A DNA stretch of 24,596 bases, taken from the NCBI GenBank assembly GCA_045599485.1, contig JAZRWA010000055.1, positions 1 through 24,596 on the forward strand, read 5' to 3'. Below the pieces are notes generated by a model that saw only the letters and a program-made list of their open reading frames with translations, searched no databases and was not told the origin of the DNA. Numbering within the stretch: the stretch's first letter is position 1; each line of letters starts with the position of its first letter. The translations under genes were made by a program, and so were the position numbers. Positions 5,965-14,740 of this stretch are shown one piece after another. The DNA is from Clostridia bacterium (GTDB taxonomy: Bacteria; Bacillota; Clostridia; Christensenellales; Aristaeellaceae).

Positions 5965-6894
5965 ATGTCTGTGAAAAAAAGCTTTTCTATTCTGTTGGTT
6001 ATGCTGCTGTTTTTCTCCTTCCCCGCCCTTGCGGAGAAGGCGAGCATCATTTGCGCGGCTTTCCCGCAGTACGACACCGTCATGCGGATCATCGCCGGTC
6101 ACGAGGAGCAGTTTGATGTGCAGCTGCTGATGCACAGCGGCGTCGATCTGCACAACTACCAGCCCTCCGCCCTGGACATTGCCCGGGTGGCGTCCTGTGA
6201 TCTGATGATCGTCAACGGCGGCGAATCGGATACCTGGCTGGACAACGTGCTCAGCGTTGCCGGCAACAGCCGCATGAGCCTGATCCGTTTTATGGACCAG
6301 GCCGAGACCCGGCAGGAAGAAGCTCTGCCCGGCACTTCGGAGGCTGAAGAAGAGGATGCCGCCGATGAGCACGTCTGGCTGTCCTTAAATAATATGAAGC
6401 TGTTTTCCGAAGCCGTCTGCGGCGCGGTCAGTGCGCTCGATGTCGCCCACGCCGCCGATTACAAAGCCAACTGCGATCAGTACATCGAAGCGCTCACCGC
6501 ACTGGACGCCGAATATGCGCAGATGGCCGCCGCCGCGAAGCTGGATACCGTCATCGTGGCTGACCGATTCCCCTTCCTGTACCTGATGCGGGATTACGGT
6601 CTCCGCTACTATGCGGCCTTCTCCGGCTGTTCCGCCGAAAGCGAAGCCAGCTTTGAAACGATGACGCTTTTGATCCGTGCCGTCAACGAGGTACGTCCCG
6701 GCGCCATTCTGGTGACCGAAACCTCTGACCGCCGTCTGGCAAACACCCTTTCGCAAAGCACCGGAGGGACCGTTGTTTTGACCCTGAATGCCGTCCAGTC
6801 GGTCAGCGATGCCGACATTGCCGGCGGTGTGACTTATCTGAGCCTGATGCGGGAAAACCTTACCGTTCTCCGTCAGGCGCTCGATCCCAACTGA
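5965..6894 (+). CDS. znuA: Cluster A-I (ZnuA/TroA-like) metal ABC transporter substrate-binding protein
   Basis: A signal peptide is present, along with DLHNYQPS and DEHVWLS metal-ligand motifs. An acidic loop EEALPGTSEAEEEDAADEH occupies the position of the ZnuA His/acid-rich loop. GGAGAG precedes the ATG. Zn versus Mn specificity is not certain. Confidence 0.8.
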   Translation: MSVKKSFSILLVMLLFFSFPALAEKASIICAAFPQYDTVMRIIAGHEEQFDVQLLMHSGVDLHNYQPSALDIARVASCDLMIVNGGESDTWLDNVLSVAGNSRMSLIRFMDQAETRQEEALPGTSEAEEEDAADEHVWLSLNNMKLFSEAVCGAVSALDVAHAADYKANCDQYIEALTALDAEYAQMAAAAKLDTVIVADRFPFLYLMRDYGLRYYAAFSGCSAESEASFETMTLLIRAVNEVRPGAILVTETSDRRLANTLSQSTGGTVVLTLNAVQSVSDADIAGGVTYLSLMRENLTVLRQALDPN

Positions 6895-6911
6895 TCAGGA
6901 GGCTTTCCCCT

Positions 6912-7631
6912 ATGCCCATCCTTACCTGCACCGACCTCAAGGTCGGCTACGGCTCCCGCGTGATCGCCGATCAGATCGGCTTTTCCCTGGAGCAGGGAGA
7001 TTTTCTGTGCATCATCGGTGAAAACGGCTGCGGAAAATCCACCCTGCTGCGGACCATTGCCCATCTGCAGCCCGCCCTGGGCGGCAGCGTCACCCTCAGC
7101 AAGGATACGCATGGCCGCATCGGCTACCTGTCCCAGCAGCAGACGGGGCGCAGTGAGTTTCCCGCCACCTGTCTGGAGATCGTCCTCTCCGGCTTTCTCA
7201 ACAAGCGCGGCTGGCTGCCCTTTTACACGCGCGCTCAAAAAAAGGAAGCGCTCCGCAGCCTCGAAAAGCTGAATGCCGCCAGCCTGCGCAGCAAAAGCTT
7301 CAGCCGCCTCTCCGGCGGTCAGCAGCAGCGTGTGCTGCTGGCACGCGCGCTGTGTGCCTCCGGCAAGATCCTGCTTCTGGATGAGCCGGTGACCGGTCTG
7401 GACGCCGCCGCCACCGCCGAAATGTACAAGCTGATCGGGCAGCTCAACCGCGAGGAAAAGCTGACCATCCTCATGGTCTCCCACGATATGAAAGCCTCCC
7501 TTTCCGCCGCCACTCACGTGCTGGAGATCCGCGGCGGCAAAGCCGCTTTCCTGACTGCGAAGGATTACCTGAATACCGAGCGCGGACGCCGCTATATGGG
7601 ATCGGAGGAAAACGAAGATGCAAAGCCTTGA
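6912..7631 (+). CDS. znuC: Metal (zinc-type) ABC transporter ATP-binding protein
   Basis: Walker A is GENGCGKST, the signature is LSGGQQQRVLLARAL, Walker B is LLLDEP and the H-loop is SHD. GGAGG lies upstream. Confidence 0.88.
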   Translation: MPILTCTDLKVGYGSRVIADQIGFSLEQGDFLCIIGENGCGKSTLLRTIAHLQPALGGSVTLSKDTHGRIGYLSQQQTGRSEFPATCLEIVLSGFLNKRGWLPFYTRAQKKEALRSLEKLNAASLRSKSFSRLSGGQQQRVLLARALCASGKILLLDEPVTGLDAAATAEMYKLIGQLNREEKLTILMVSHDMKASLSAATHVLEIRGGKAAFLTAKDYLNTERGRRYMGSEENEDAKP

Positions 7632-8457
7632 CATGCTTTCCCTTTATCTTGGCTTCTCCTTTGTGCAAAACGCGCTGCTGACCGGTGTCGTCATTGCCCT
7701 GGCTTCTTCCCTGCTCGGCGTCACACTGGTCACACGCCGGATGTCCTTCATCTCCGACAGCCTGTCGCACGTGGCTTTTCTGTCCGCCACGGTCGCCGGC
7801 GTGCTCAAGCTCGCGGGGGCTTCCATGCTGCTGACGCTGCCGGTCACCGCCATCTGCACGCTGCTGATGCTGCACTCCGACCGCCGCAGCGGCCACAGCG
7901 ATGCGCGGCTGGCCATGATCTCCGTCTCCTCCCTGGCCATCGGCTACCTTGTCATCAATCTGTTTTCAGGCTCCGGCAACGTGGCGGGCGATGTCTGCAC
8001 CACGCTGTTCGGCTCCACCTCCATCCTGACCCTCAAGTCACAGGATGTAACGCTTTGCTGTGTCCTGTCCGCCGTGGTGGTGCTCTTCTTTATCCTATGC
8101 GAAAACCACATTTTCGCCATGACGTTTGATGAGGCCTTCTGCCGTGCCACAGGGGTAAAAGCGGGGCTGTATAATGTCCTCCTCGCCATCGTCATTGCAA
8201 CGATGATCTCACTTTCCATGGAGCTGGTCGGCGCACTGCTCACCTCCGCGCTCATCATCTTCCCCGCGCTGACCGCCATGCGCGTCTTCCGCAGTTTCCG
8301 CGGTGTGGTCGTCTGTTCGGGCATCTGCTCTGTTCTGTGTGCCGTACTGGGCATTCTGATCTCCATCCTGGCCTCCACCCCGGTCGGCTCCACCATTGTA
8401 GCCGTTCAGGTGATCGGTTATCTGCTTTTTTCGCTTCTGGGCAGACTGCGCGCCTGA
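7618..8457 (+). CDS. znuB: Metal (zinc-type) ABC transporter permease
   Basis: The product is a polytopic hydrophobic protein of ABC-3 (ZnuB/MntC-like) type. GGAGG lies 9 nt before the ATG. It overlaps znuC by 14 nt. Confidence 0.88.
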   Translation: MQSLDMLSLYLGFSFVQNALLTGVVIALASSLLGVTLVTRRMSFISDSLSHVAFLSATVAGVLKLAGASMLLTLPVTAICTLLMLHSDRRSGHSDARLAMISVSSLAIGYLVINLFSGSGNVAGDVCTTLFGSTSILTLKSQDVTLCCVLSAVVVLFFILCENHIFAMTFDEAFCRATGVKAGLYNVLLAIVIATMISLSMELVGALLTSALIIFPALTAMRVFRSFRGVVVCSGICSVLCAVLGILISILASTPVGSTIVAVQVIGYLLFSLLGRLRA

Positions 8458-8472
8458 GGGATCGCCCTTTTC

Positions 8473-8512
8473 AAAACAGGTTTTCCGCTCTGGACGGAAA
8501 ATCTGTTTTTTT
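8473..8512 (+). terminator. Rho-independent terminator of the znu operon
   Basis: The stem AAAACAGGTTTTCCG / CGGAAAATCTGTTTT has one G-U pair and a 7-nt loop, and runs into T7. Confidence 0.8.
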
Positions 8513-8581
8513 GCTTGCATTGCCAAACAATTCGGAGTATTCTGTTAAGAGCGCCCTTTCGCGCGGATTACGGAGGTTCAC

Positions 8582-9943
8582 ATGGCATCAAGGAACACCA
8601 TCGACATGACAGAAGGCAGCATCTGGCGCCACCTTGTTGGTTTCGCCGCGCCAATGCTCATCGGCCTTTTATTTCAACAATTGTATAATACCGTTGACTC
8701 CCTGGTCGTAGGCAACTATGTCAGCAAGCAGGCGCTTGGCGCTGTCGGCAGCACCGGCGTCATCATCAACACGCTGGTGGGCTTTTTCAGCGGTCTTTCC
8801 ACCGGCGCGGGCGTTGTGATCGCCCGTGCCTTCGGAGCGCACGACCGCAATGCCGTGCATCGTGCCGTGCACACCACCATGGCAGCCACGCTGGTGCTGT
8901 GCGTGGTGCTCACCGCCGTGGCGACCCTTCTGATCCCCCCGCTGCTGGGACTGATGAAAATGCCCGAGGATATGTACGGTGAGGCGCTGACCTACCTGGA
9001 GATCTATTTCTGGGGCGTGTCCGGCATGATGCTGTACAACATGGGGGCGGGCATCCTTCGAGCTGTGGGCGATTCCCGCAGACCGCTGTATTTCCTTATT
9101 TTCTCCGCCATTGTCAACACCATCGGCGACCTCGTCTTTGTGCTGGTGTTCAAAATGGGTGTCGCGGGCGTGGCCTGGGCCACCGTGCTGTCGCAGGCCC
9201 TGTCAGCTGTGCTGGTGCTGTATGTACTGATGAAAACGGATGATTCCTACAAGTTTCAGCCGACAAGGCTGCGCTTCCACGGCAGCACGCTCAAAATGAT
9301 CATCCGTTTCGGTCTGCCCACAGCCTTCCAGACGGGCATCACCTCCTTTTCCAACGTATTTGTACAGGGCTACATCAACGTTTTCGGCACCGAATGTGCC
9401 GCAGGCTGGACCATTTACGGCAAGCTGGACCAGTTCACCATGCTGCCCCTGCAGGGACTGAGCATGGCCAACAGTACCTTCGTCGGTCAGAATCTGGGAG
9501 CCGGCAACATCGAGCGCGCCAAGCGCGGTGTCCGCACCACGCTGCTGCTGGCCATCAGCTCCACCCTTGTGCTGATGCTGCCGCTGCTGGTGTTCCGCCG
9601 TGAGCTGCTTTCCATGTTCAACAGCGACCCCGGCGTACTGGATTTCGGCCAGATGTTTGTCCTCTGGATCACCCCCTTCTATGTGTTCTGCTGCGTCAAC
9701 GACACGCTGGGCGGCGCGCTCCGCGGCGCGGGCGAAGCCACTGCCTCCATGGCATGCTGCCTCAGTTCCTTTGTGGTCAGCCGTCAGATCTATCTGTACG
9801 TGGTATCGTTGTTCACCCATGACGCGCTCATCACCGGCATGGGCTACCCCCTGGGCTGGGTGCTGTGCTCCATCGCCATGACGCTGTGCTGGAAGCTGAT
9901 CCCCTGGGAGAAGAAGCAGGCCGCCCTCCGCAGCAGCGTCTGA
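8582..9943 (+). CDS. MATE-family efflux transporter
   Basis: The 453-aa product has about 12 TM segments. It has the typical MATE N-terminus (IWRHLVGFAAPMLIGLLFQQLYNTVDSLVVG). GGAGG lies 5 nt upstream. Confidence 0.9.
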   Translation: MASRNTIDMTEGSIWRHLVGFAAPMLIGLLFQQLYNTVDSLVVGNYVSKQALGAVGSTGVIINTLVGFFSGLSTGAGVVIARAFGAHDRNAVHRAVHTTMAATLVLCVVLTAVATLLIPPLLGLMKMPEDMYGEALTYLEIYFWGVSGMMLYNMGAGILRAVGDSRRPLYFLIFSAIVNTIGDLVFVLVFKMGVAGVAWATVLSQALSAVLVLYVLMKTDDSYKFQPTRLRFHGSTLKMIIRFGLPTAFQTGITSFSNVFVQGYINVFGTECAAGWTIYGKLDQFTMLPLQGLSMANSTFVGQNLGAGNIERAKRGVRTTLLLAISSTLVLMLPLLVFRRELLSMFNSDPGVLDFGQMFVLWITPFYVFCCVNDTLGGALRGAGEATASMACCLSSFVVSRQIYLYVVSLFTHDALITGMGYPLGWVLCSIAMTLCWKLIPWEKKQAALRSSV

Positions 9944-9978
9944 TTTGTAAAACCCTTTTTTCATCACGCACACGGCAC

Positions 9979-10007
9979 TTTTCATACGGTTCTTTTTATG
10001 CTATAAT
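9979..10007 (+). promoter_or_regulatory. Candidate extended -10 promoter for the NYN-LOTUS gene
   Basis: TTTTCA, 17 nt, then TGcTATAAT (TATAAT at 10002-10007). Confidence 0.45.
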
Positions 10008-10046
10008 CATCACGGTAAATATTCCGAAAGGATAGGATCACCCTCT

Positions 10047-11048
10047 TTGAGTACTGCAAAATTCGCGGTTTTCGTCGATCTGGAAAACTGCGGTGCAAAA
10101 GTGGAAACACTGAACAACATTCTGGAAAAAGTCAAGATCCGCGGCGACATCCTGCTGGGCAAGGTATACGGCTACACCGACCGCTTTGATTCCCTGAAGG
10201 AAGTGCTGCTTTCCAACACCTTCACCGTGGTGCCCTCGCTGCGCTACGGTGCCGCTCAAAAAAACAACGCGGATATCCAGCTGGTGCTGGACGCGCTGGC
10301 GACCGCCTACACCAACCCGCTCATCGATTCGTTCTGCATCGTCTCGGGTGACAGCGACTATGTCCCGTTGGTCGGCAAGCTCAAAAGCATGGGCAAATTC
10401 GTATTGGGCATCAGCCGCAGCGAGGTCGCCAGCACCATCTTCATCAACGCCTGCAACGAGTTTCAGTTTATGGAAAGCGTCAGCATGACCGCCCGGCGCG
10501 AAAAGCCCCACAAGGGGCGCAAATCCGCCGCCGAAGATGAAAGTGCCGATGAAGAAGCGCTTTGCAAGCTGATCGAAAGCGTGGTTTCCGAAGCTGACGA
10601 GGAAGAAATGTACGCCAGCGAGATCAAGGGCGTGCTGCTGCGCCTCAACCCGCAGTTCAACGAAAAAACCTACGGCTGCGCCACCTTCGGCAAGCTGCTG
10701 ACCAAGCTGGCACAGCGTTACGGCACCATCCGCATGCGCAACGACAGTTACAATGTCATGGTGTCCCTCACCGCCGAAAGCGCCGCCGGTGAAAGTGCCC
10801 AGAAGGCGCTGACCCGCGACAGCTGGCAGGAAGCCTTTGTCACCCAGCTGCAGCGCTACAAGGATGACGGTTTTGAACGCATCAACCCCTCCATCCTCAA
10901 GGCGGATATCGTCTCCCTTTATCCCGATTTTACCGAAAAAAGCATCGGTTTCAAACGCTTTTCGGATATCCTCAAGCAACTGGAAAAGGACGGAAAGCTG
11001 AAGCTGGAGCTGGACGCGCAGCGCAATCTGCTGATTGCCATGCTGTAA
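10047..11048 (+). CDS. NYN (LabA/DUF88, PIN-like) nuclease-domain protein with two C-terminal OST-HTH/LOTUS domains
   Basis: The NYN acidic motifs are FVDLEN, NADIQLVLDA and SGDSDYVPLV. A charged linker follows, then two repeats of the type ...LNPQFNEKTYGCATFGKLLTKL... and ...LYPDFTEKSIGFKRFSDILKQLEKDGKL. The start is TTG, the only start codon close to the conserved N-terminus, and AGGA lies 9 nt upstream. Confidence 0.82.
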   Translation: MSTAKFAVFVDLENCGAKVETLNNILEKVKIRGDILLGKVYGYTDRFDSLKEVLLSNTFTVVPSLRYGAAQKNNADIQLVLDALATAYTNPLIDSFCIVSGDSDYVPLVGKLKSMGKFVLGISRSEVASTIFINACNEFQFMESVSMTARREKPHKGRKSAAEDESADEEALCKLIESVVSEADEEEMYASEIKGVLLRLNPQFNEKTYGCATFGKLLTKLAQRYGTIRMRNDSYNVMVSLTAESAAGESAQKALTRDSWQEAFVTQLQRYKDDGFERINPSILKADIVSLYPDFTEKSIGFKRFSDILKQLEKDGKLKLELDAQRNLLIAML

Positions 11049-11062
11049 AAAAGGAAACTGCC

Positions 11063-12010
11063 ATGCCCGATTATTCCGTGATCGTTCCATGCTATAATGA
11101 AGAAGCCGTACTGCGTGAAACGCACCGTCGGCTGACCCGCGTTCTGCGCGGCATGGACGGGGACTATGAGATCATTTATGTCAATGACGGCTCCCGCGAC
11201 GCCACCGCCGCCCTCCTGAACGATCTGGCCGCGGAGGATGCCTGTGTCCGAGTGGTGCATTTTGCCCGCAACGGCGGACATCAGATCGCCGTGACCGCCG
11301 GTCTGGATTACGCCGCCGGCGACGCCATCGTCATCATCGATGCCGATCTGCAGGACCCGCCCGAGGTCATCCCCGAAATGGCTGCCCGCTGGCGCAATGG
11401 CGCGCAGGTGGTATACGGTCAGCGCAAAAAGCGTGACGGCGAAAGCGCCTTCAAAAAAATAACGGCCTTTGTTTATTACCGTCTGCTGCGCGCCATGACA
11501 AACACCGAAATTCCCGCCGACACCGGCGATTTCCGTCTGGTGGACCGTCGGGTGGCCGATGTGGTGCGCTCCATGCCGGAGCATGCCCGTTTTCTGCGCG
11601 GCATGTTCGCCTGGGTGGGCTTCCGTCAGGAGGCCGTGCTCTACGACCGCGACAAGCGTTTTGCCGGCGAGACGCATTACCCGCTGAAGGCCATGCTCCG
11701 TCTGGCGCTGGACGGCATGTTGAGCCTGTCCGATAAGCTGCTCAAGCTGTCCACCTATGCCGGCGTTACGCTGGGCTGTCTCAGCCTGCTGGGCATGCTG
11801 GTGCTGCTCATTCTGCTGTGCTGCGGTGTCTCCGGCGGGCTGTGGTGGCTGGCGGCACTGATGGTCCTGTGCACCGGTTTGGTGCTGACCGCCATGGGCG
11901 TGCTGGGCGCCTATGTCTCCCGCATCTACGACGAAACCCGCGCCCGGCCGCTTTACATCGTGGCCGAGACCCGCGGTTTTCCGGAGGGAAGCAAGCCTTT
12001 CATCCGATAA
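11063..12010 (+). CDS. GT2-family polyprenyl-phosphate glycosyltransferase (GtrB/CsbB/ArnC-like)
   Basis: Motifs are VPCYNEE, NDGSRD and DADLQDPPE, with two C-terminal TM helices. The gene starts 14 nt after the NYN gene. Confidence 0.88.
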   Translation: MPDYSVIVPCYNEEAVLRETHRRLTRVLRGMDGDYEIIYVNDGSRDATAALLNDLAAEDACVRVVHFARNGGHQIAVTAGLDYAAGDAIVIIDADLQDPPEVIPEMAARWRNGAQVVYGQRKKRDGESAFKKITAFVYYRLLRAMTNTEIPADTGDFRLVDRRVADVVRSMPEHARFLRGMFAWVGFRQEAVLYDRDKRFAGETHYPLKAMLRLALDGMLSLSDKLLKLSTYAGVTLGCLSLLGMLVLLILLCCGVSGGLWWLAALMVLCTGLVLTAMGVLGAYVSRIYDETRARPLYIVAETRGFPEGSKPFIR

Positions 12011-12041
12011 ATAAAACATCCGATATCAGGAGGAAATCACC

Positions 12042-12245
12042 ATGGTCACCAAGGAAATGGCTATCCGCGAAGTTCTGGAGCTGGATCAGGGTACCGCTTA
12101 TATCTTCATGCAGGCCGGCATGCACTGCCTGGGCTGCCCCCATGCCACCGCCGAGTCCCTGGAAGATGCCTGCGCTGTACACGGCATCGAGGTGGATGAG
12201 CTCGTCAAGGCCCTGAACGGCTATCTGGCCACCAAGCAGGCTTAA
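12042..12245 (+). CDS. DUF1858-like small redox-disulfide protein (hybrid-cluster-protein-associated type)
   Basis: The 67-aa product has the motif GMHCLGCPHA. A GGAGG SD is present. Confidence 0.72.
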   Translation: MVTKEMAIREVLELDQGTAYIFMQAGMHCLGCPHATAESLEDACAVHGIEVDELVKALNGYLATKQA

Positions 12246-12264
12246 GCCCTGCGCGGCAAAAGCG

Positions 12265-12293
12265 ATCCTTGCGGAGGCGTAAGGATTGTTTTT
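12265..12293 (+). terminator. Weak candidate terminator
   Basis: ATCCTT-10 nt-AAGGAT followed by TGTTTTTG. The stem is only 6 bp. Confidence 0.35.
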
Positions 12294-12328
12294 GTTATCC
12301 ATTTTTTGATAAACATACGGAGAAAGCT

Positions 12329-13396
12329 ATGAGTAAGCGTATCGTTCTGACAGGCGGCGGCACCGCCGGCCACGTCTCCCCCAATCTGGCGCTGCTGCCC
12401 CACCTGCTCGAAAAAGGCTATGATGTGCATTACATCGGCACCGAAAACGGCATTGAGCACAGCATGATCGGCAGCATTCCCCAGGTCACCTATCATGTGG
12501 TCAAATCCGGCAAGCTGCGCCGCTATTTTGACTGGAAAAACTTCACCGATCCCTTCCGTGTGCTGGCCGGCGCCTTTCAGAGCGCTCACCTGATGCGCAA
12601 GCTCAAGCCCGATGTCGTCTTTTCCAAGGGCGGCTTTGTGTCCGTCCCCGTGGTCTTCGGTGCCTGGCTGCACCGTGTCCCCGTGCTTTGCCACGAAAGC
12701 GACCTGACCCCCGGTCTGGCCAACCGTATCTGCAGCAAGTTTGCCCGCAAGGTATGCACCACTTTCCCGGAATGCGCGGAGGCGCTGGGCACCAAGGGCA
12801 TCTTTACCGGCACGCCGCTGCGCCCCGAGCTGTTCAGCGGCAGCCGTGAAAAAGGCCTTGCGATGGCCGGTTTTGACGGCAGCAAGCCCGTGCTGCTCAT
12901 GATGGGCGGCAGTCTGGGCGCACAGAGCGTCAACAAGGCGCTGCGCGCTGCCCTGCCGGAGCTGCTCAAGGAGCTGAATGTGTTCCATATCTGCGGCAAG
13001 GGCAATCTGGATGACAGCCTGACAGGCCTTGCCGGCTACTATCAGCGGGAGTTTTTGTCGGACGAGCTGCCCGACGCCCTTGCCTGTGCCGATTACATCC
13101 TCAGCCGCGCCGGCTCCAACGCCCTGTGCGAGTTTCAGGCCCTCGGCCGTCCCATGCTGCTGATCCCCTATCCCAAGGGCGCCAGCCGCGGCGACCAGAT
13201 CCTCAACGCCCAGTCCTACGAAAAGCGCGGCCTCGCCCGTGTACTGCTGCAGGAAAACATGACCGCCGAAAGCCTGACCGCCGCCATCCATTCCCTGATG
13301 CGGGACGGCGATGCGCTGACCGCGGCATTGAAGGCCGCCCCGCCGGCGGACGGCACCCTGAAGGTGCTGGAATTGATTGCCGAAATTCAAAAATAA
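12329..13396 (+). CDS. murG: Undecaprenyldiphospho-muramoylpentapeptide beta-N-acetylglucosaminyltransferase
   Basis: The protein begins MSKRIVLTGGGTAGHVSPNLAL and is MurG-like along its whole length. The start is ATG 12329 with GGAG upstream. The ORF-track start at 12269 adds 20 non-conserved residues. Confidence 0.92.
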   Translation: MSKRIVLTGGGTAGHVSPNLALLPHLLEKGYDVHYIGTENGIEHSMIGSIPQVTYHVVKSGKLRRYFDWKNFTDPFRVLAGAFQSAHLMRKLKPDVVFSKGGFVSVPVVFGAWLHRVPVLCHESDLTPGLANRICSKFARKVCTTFPECAEALGTKGIFTGTPLRPELFSGSREKGLAMAGFDGSKPVLLMMGGSLGAQSVNKALRAALPELLKELNVFHICGKGNLDDSLTGLAGYYQREFLSDELPDALACADYILSRAGSNALCEFQALGRPMLLIPYPKGASRGDQILNAQSYEKRGLARVLLQENMTAESLTAAIHSLMRDGDALTAALKAAPPADGTLKVLELIAEIQK

Positions 13397-13411
13397 ACGG
13401 AGGACAGACCG

Positions 13412-14530
13412 ATGAAATGCCCCTTCTCTGAAAAAGGCTGCGGCGGCTGCCGGAATATCGATGTCATGTACGGTGAGCTGCTGCGCCGCAAGGACGAGGC
13501 CTTCCATCGTCTGTTTCCCGATGCGCTGAAGATCGTCGGCGCGCAGGAGCCCTGCCGCTACCGCAACAAGGTGCTGCGCACGTTCGCCCAGGGCAAAGAG
13601 AGCCTGTACACCGGCATCTACCGTGAGGGCACGCACCGCGTCATCTCGGTGCGGGATTGCCTTCTGGAAAACAAAGAAGCCTGTGCCATCGCCGCCCGCG
13701 CCGGACAGATTCTGGCCGAGCTGCGTGTGCCGGCCTATCGGGAGGATGCCCGTACCGGCGTGCTGCGCCATCTGCAGGTACGCCGCGCCCCCGCGACCGG
13801 GCAAGCCGTCGTGACCGTGATTGCCACCGCGCCCTTTCCGCAGGAAAAACTGTTTGCCGATCGCCTCATGGCCGCCTGCCCCGAGGTACGCGGCGTGACC
13901 CGCTCTGTCAACGACCGCAGCACCAGCGCCGTCATGGGCTACACCTCCCAGTTGCTGGCCGGACGGGATGAGATCTGGGATGAGCTGGGCGGGCTGCATG
14001 TCTGCCTGAGCTCCCGCTCCTTCTATCAGGTCAACAGCGCGCAGGCAGAAAAGCTGTACCGCAAAGCCATTGAGCTGGCCGATCTGACACCGCAGGACAC
14101 CGTACTGGACGCCTATTGCGGTATCGGCCTCATCGGCCTCATGGCCGCCCGTCAGGCCGGTCACGTCACGGGCATTGAGCTGGTCAAGGCTTCGGTGGAC
14201 AACGCCATCATCAACGCCCGCGTCAACCGCATTGAAAATGTCGATTTCATGCTGGGCGATGCCGTCAAGGCACTCAAAAACGGTGCCTGCAAGCCGGATG
14301 TGGTCTTTATGGACCCTCCGCGCGCCGGCTGTTCCGAAGCGTTCCTGCAGGCGCTGACCGCCTCCCCCGCCCGCCGCGCCGTGTATGTTTCCTGCAGCCC
14401 CGAAACGCTGCGGCGTGATGTCGATCTGCTCGCCCGCGCCGGATGGCGGATGGAAAGCGTACAGTCCTATGATCTGTTCCCCTATACGGCGCACACCGAG
14501 GCAGTGTGTCTGCTGTCACGGAACAAGTAA
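13412..14530 (+). CDS. Fe-S cluster RNA (uracil-C5)-methyltransferase, RlmD/RlmCD/TrmA family, without TRAM domain
   Basis: An N-terminal Cys cluster CPFSEKGCGGC is followed by a later Cys. Motifs are FYQVN, DAYCGIG, MDPPRAG, YVSCSPETL and DLFPYTAHTE. Confidence 0.88.
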   Translation: MKCPFSEKGCGGCRNIDVMYGELLRRKDEAFHRLFPDALKIVGAQEPCRYRNKVLRTFAQGKESLYTGIYREGTHRVISVRDCLLENKEACAIAARAGQILAELRVPAYREDARTGVLRHLQVRRAPATGQAVVTVIATAPFPQEKLFADRLMAACPEVRGVTRSVNDRSTSAVMGYTSQLLAGRDEIWDELGGLHVCLSSRSFYQVNSAQAEKLYRKAIELADLTPQDTVLDAYCGIGLIGLMAARQAGHVTGIELVKASVDNAIINARVNRIENVDFMLGDAVKALKNGACKPDVVFMDPPRAGCSEAFLQALTASPARRAVYVSCSPETLRRDVDLLARAGWRMESVQSYDLFPYTAHTEAVCLLSRNK

Positions 14531-14554
14531 AAGCGCGGAAACAAGCTAAAACAC

Positions 14555-14606
14555 GGGATTCCGAAAGATCTGCCGAATCGGGTTGTCTTTCGAAATCCCT
14601 TTTTTT
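14555..14606 (+). terminator. Rho-independent terminator
   Basis: The stem GGGATTcCGAAAG / CTTTCGaAATCCC has 1 mismatch and a 19-nt loop, followed by T7. Confidence 0.75.
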
Positions 14607-14642
14607 CTCGGCATCATCGTCCGCATTTTGGCAGGTCAAGGC

Positions 14643-14671
14643 TTGATTTTTCCTTTGTGTTTCGCTATAGT
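14643..14671 (+). promoter_or_regulatory. SigA-type promoter of the GNAT islet
   Basis: TTGATT, a 17-nt spacer, then TATAGT. It is followed by a leader inverted repeat GTGCTTT...AAAGCAC. Confidence 0.55.
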
Positions 14672-14740
14672 ATTTTCAAGAGGCACTGTGCTTTGAAATA
14701 ATTTTCCGAGGAAAAAGCACTTTGGAACAGACAGGAGACA

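Noticed and set aside
10038-12019. Antisense ORFs 10038-11090 and 10919-12019 opposite the NYN and GT2 genes
   Set aside because: They show no recognisable motifs and are low-complexity. The + strand products have clear domain signatures.
12242-14494. 750-aa ORF on the - strand spanning murG, the intergenic gap and the methyltransferase gene
   Set aside because: It crosses two well-supported + strand genes and their SD region. The composition is Ala/Gly/Arg-rich with no motifs.
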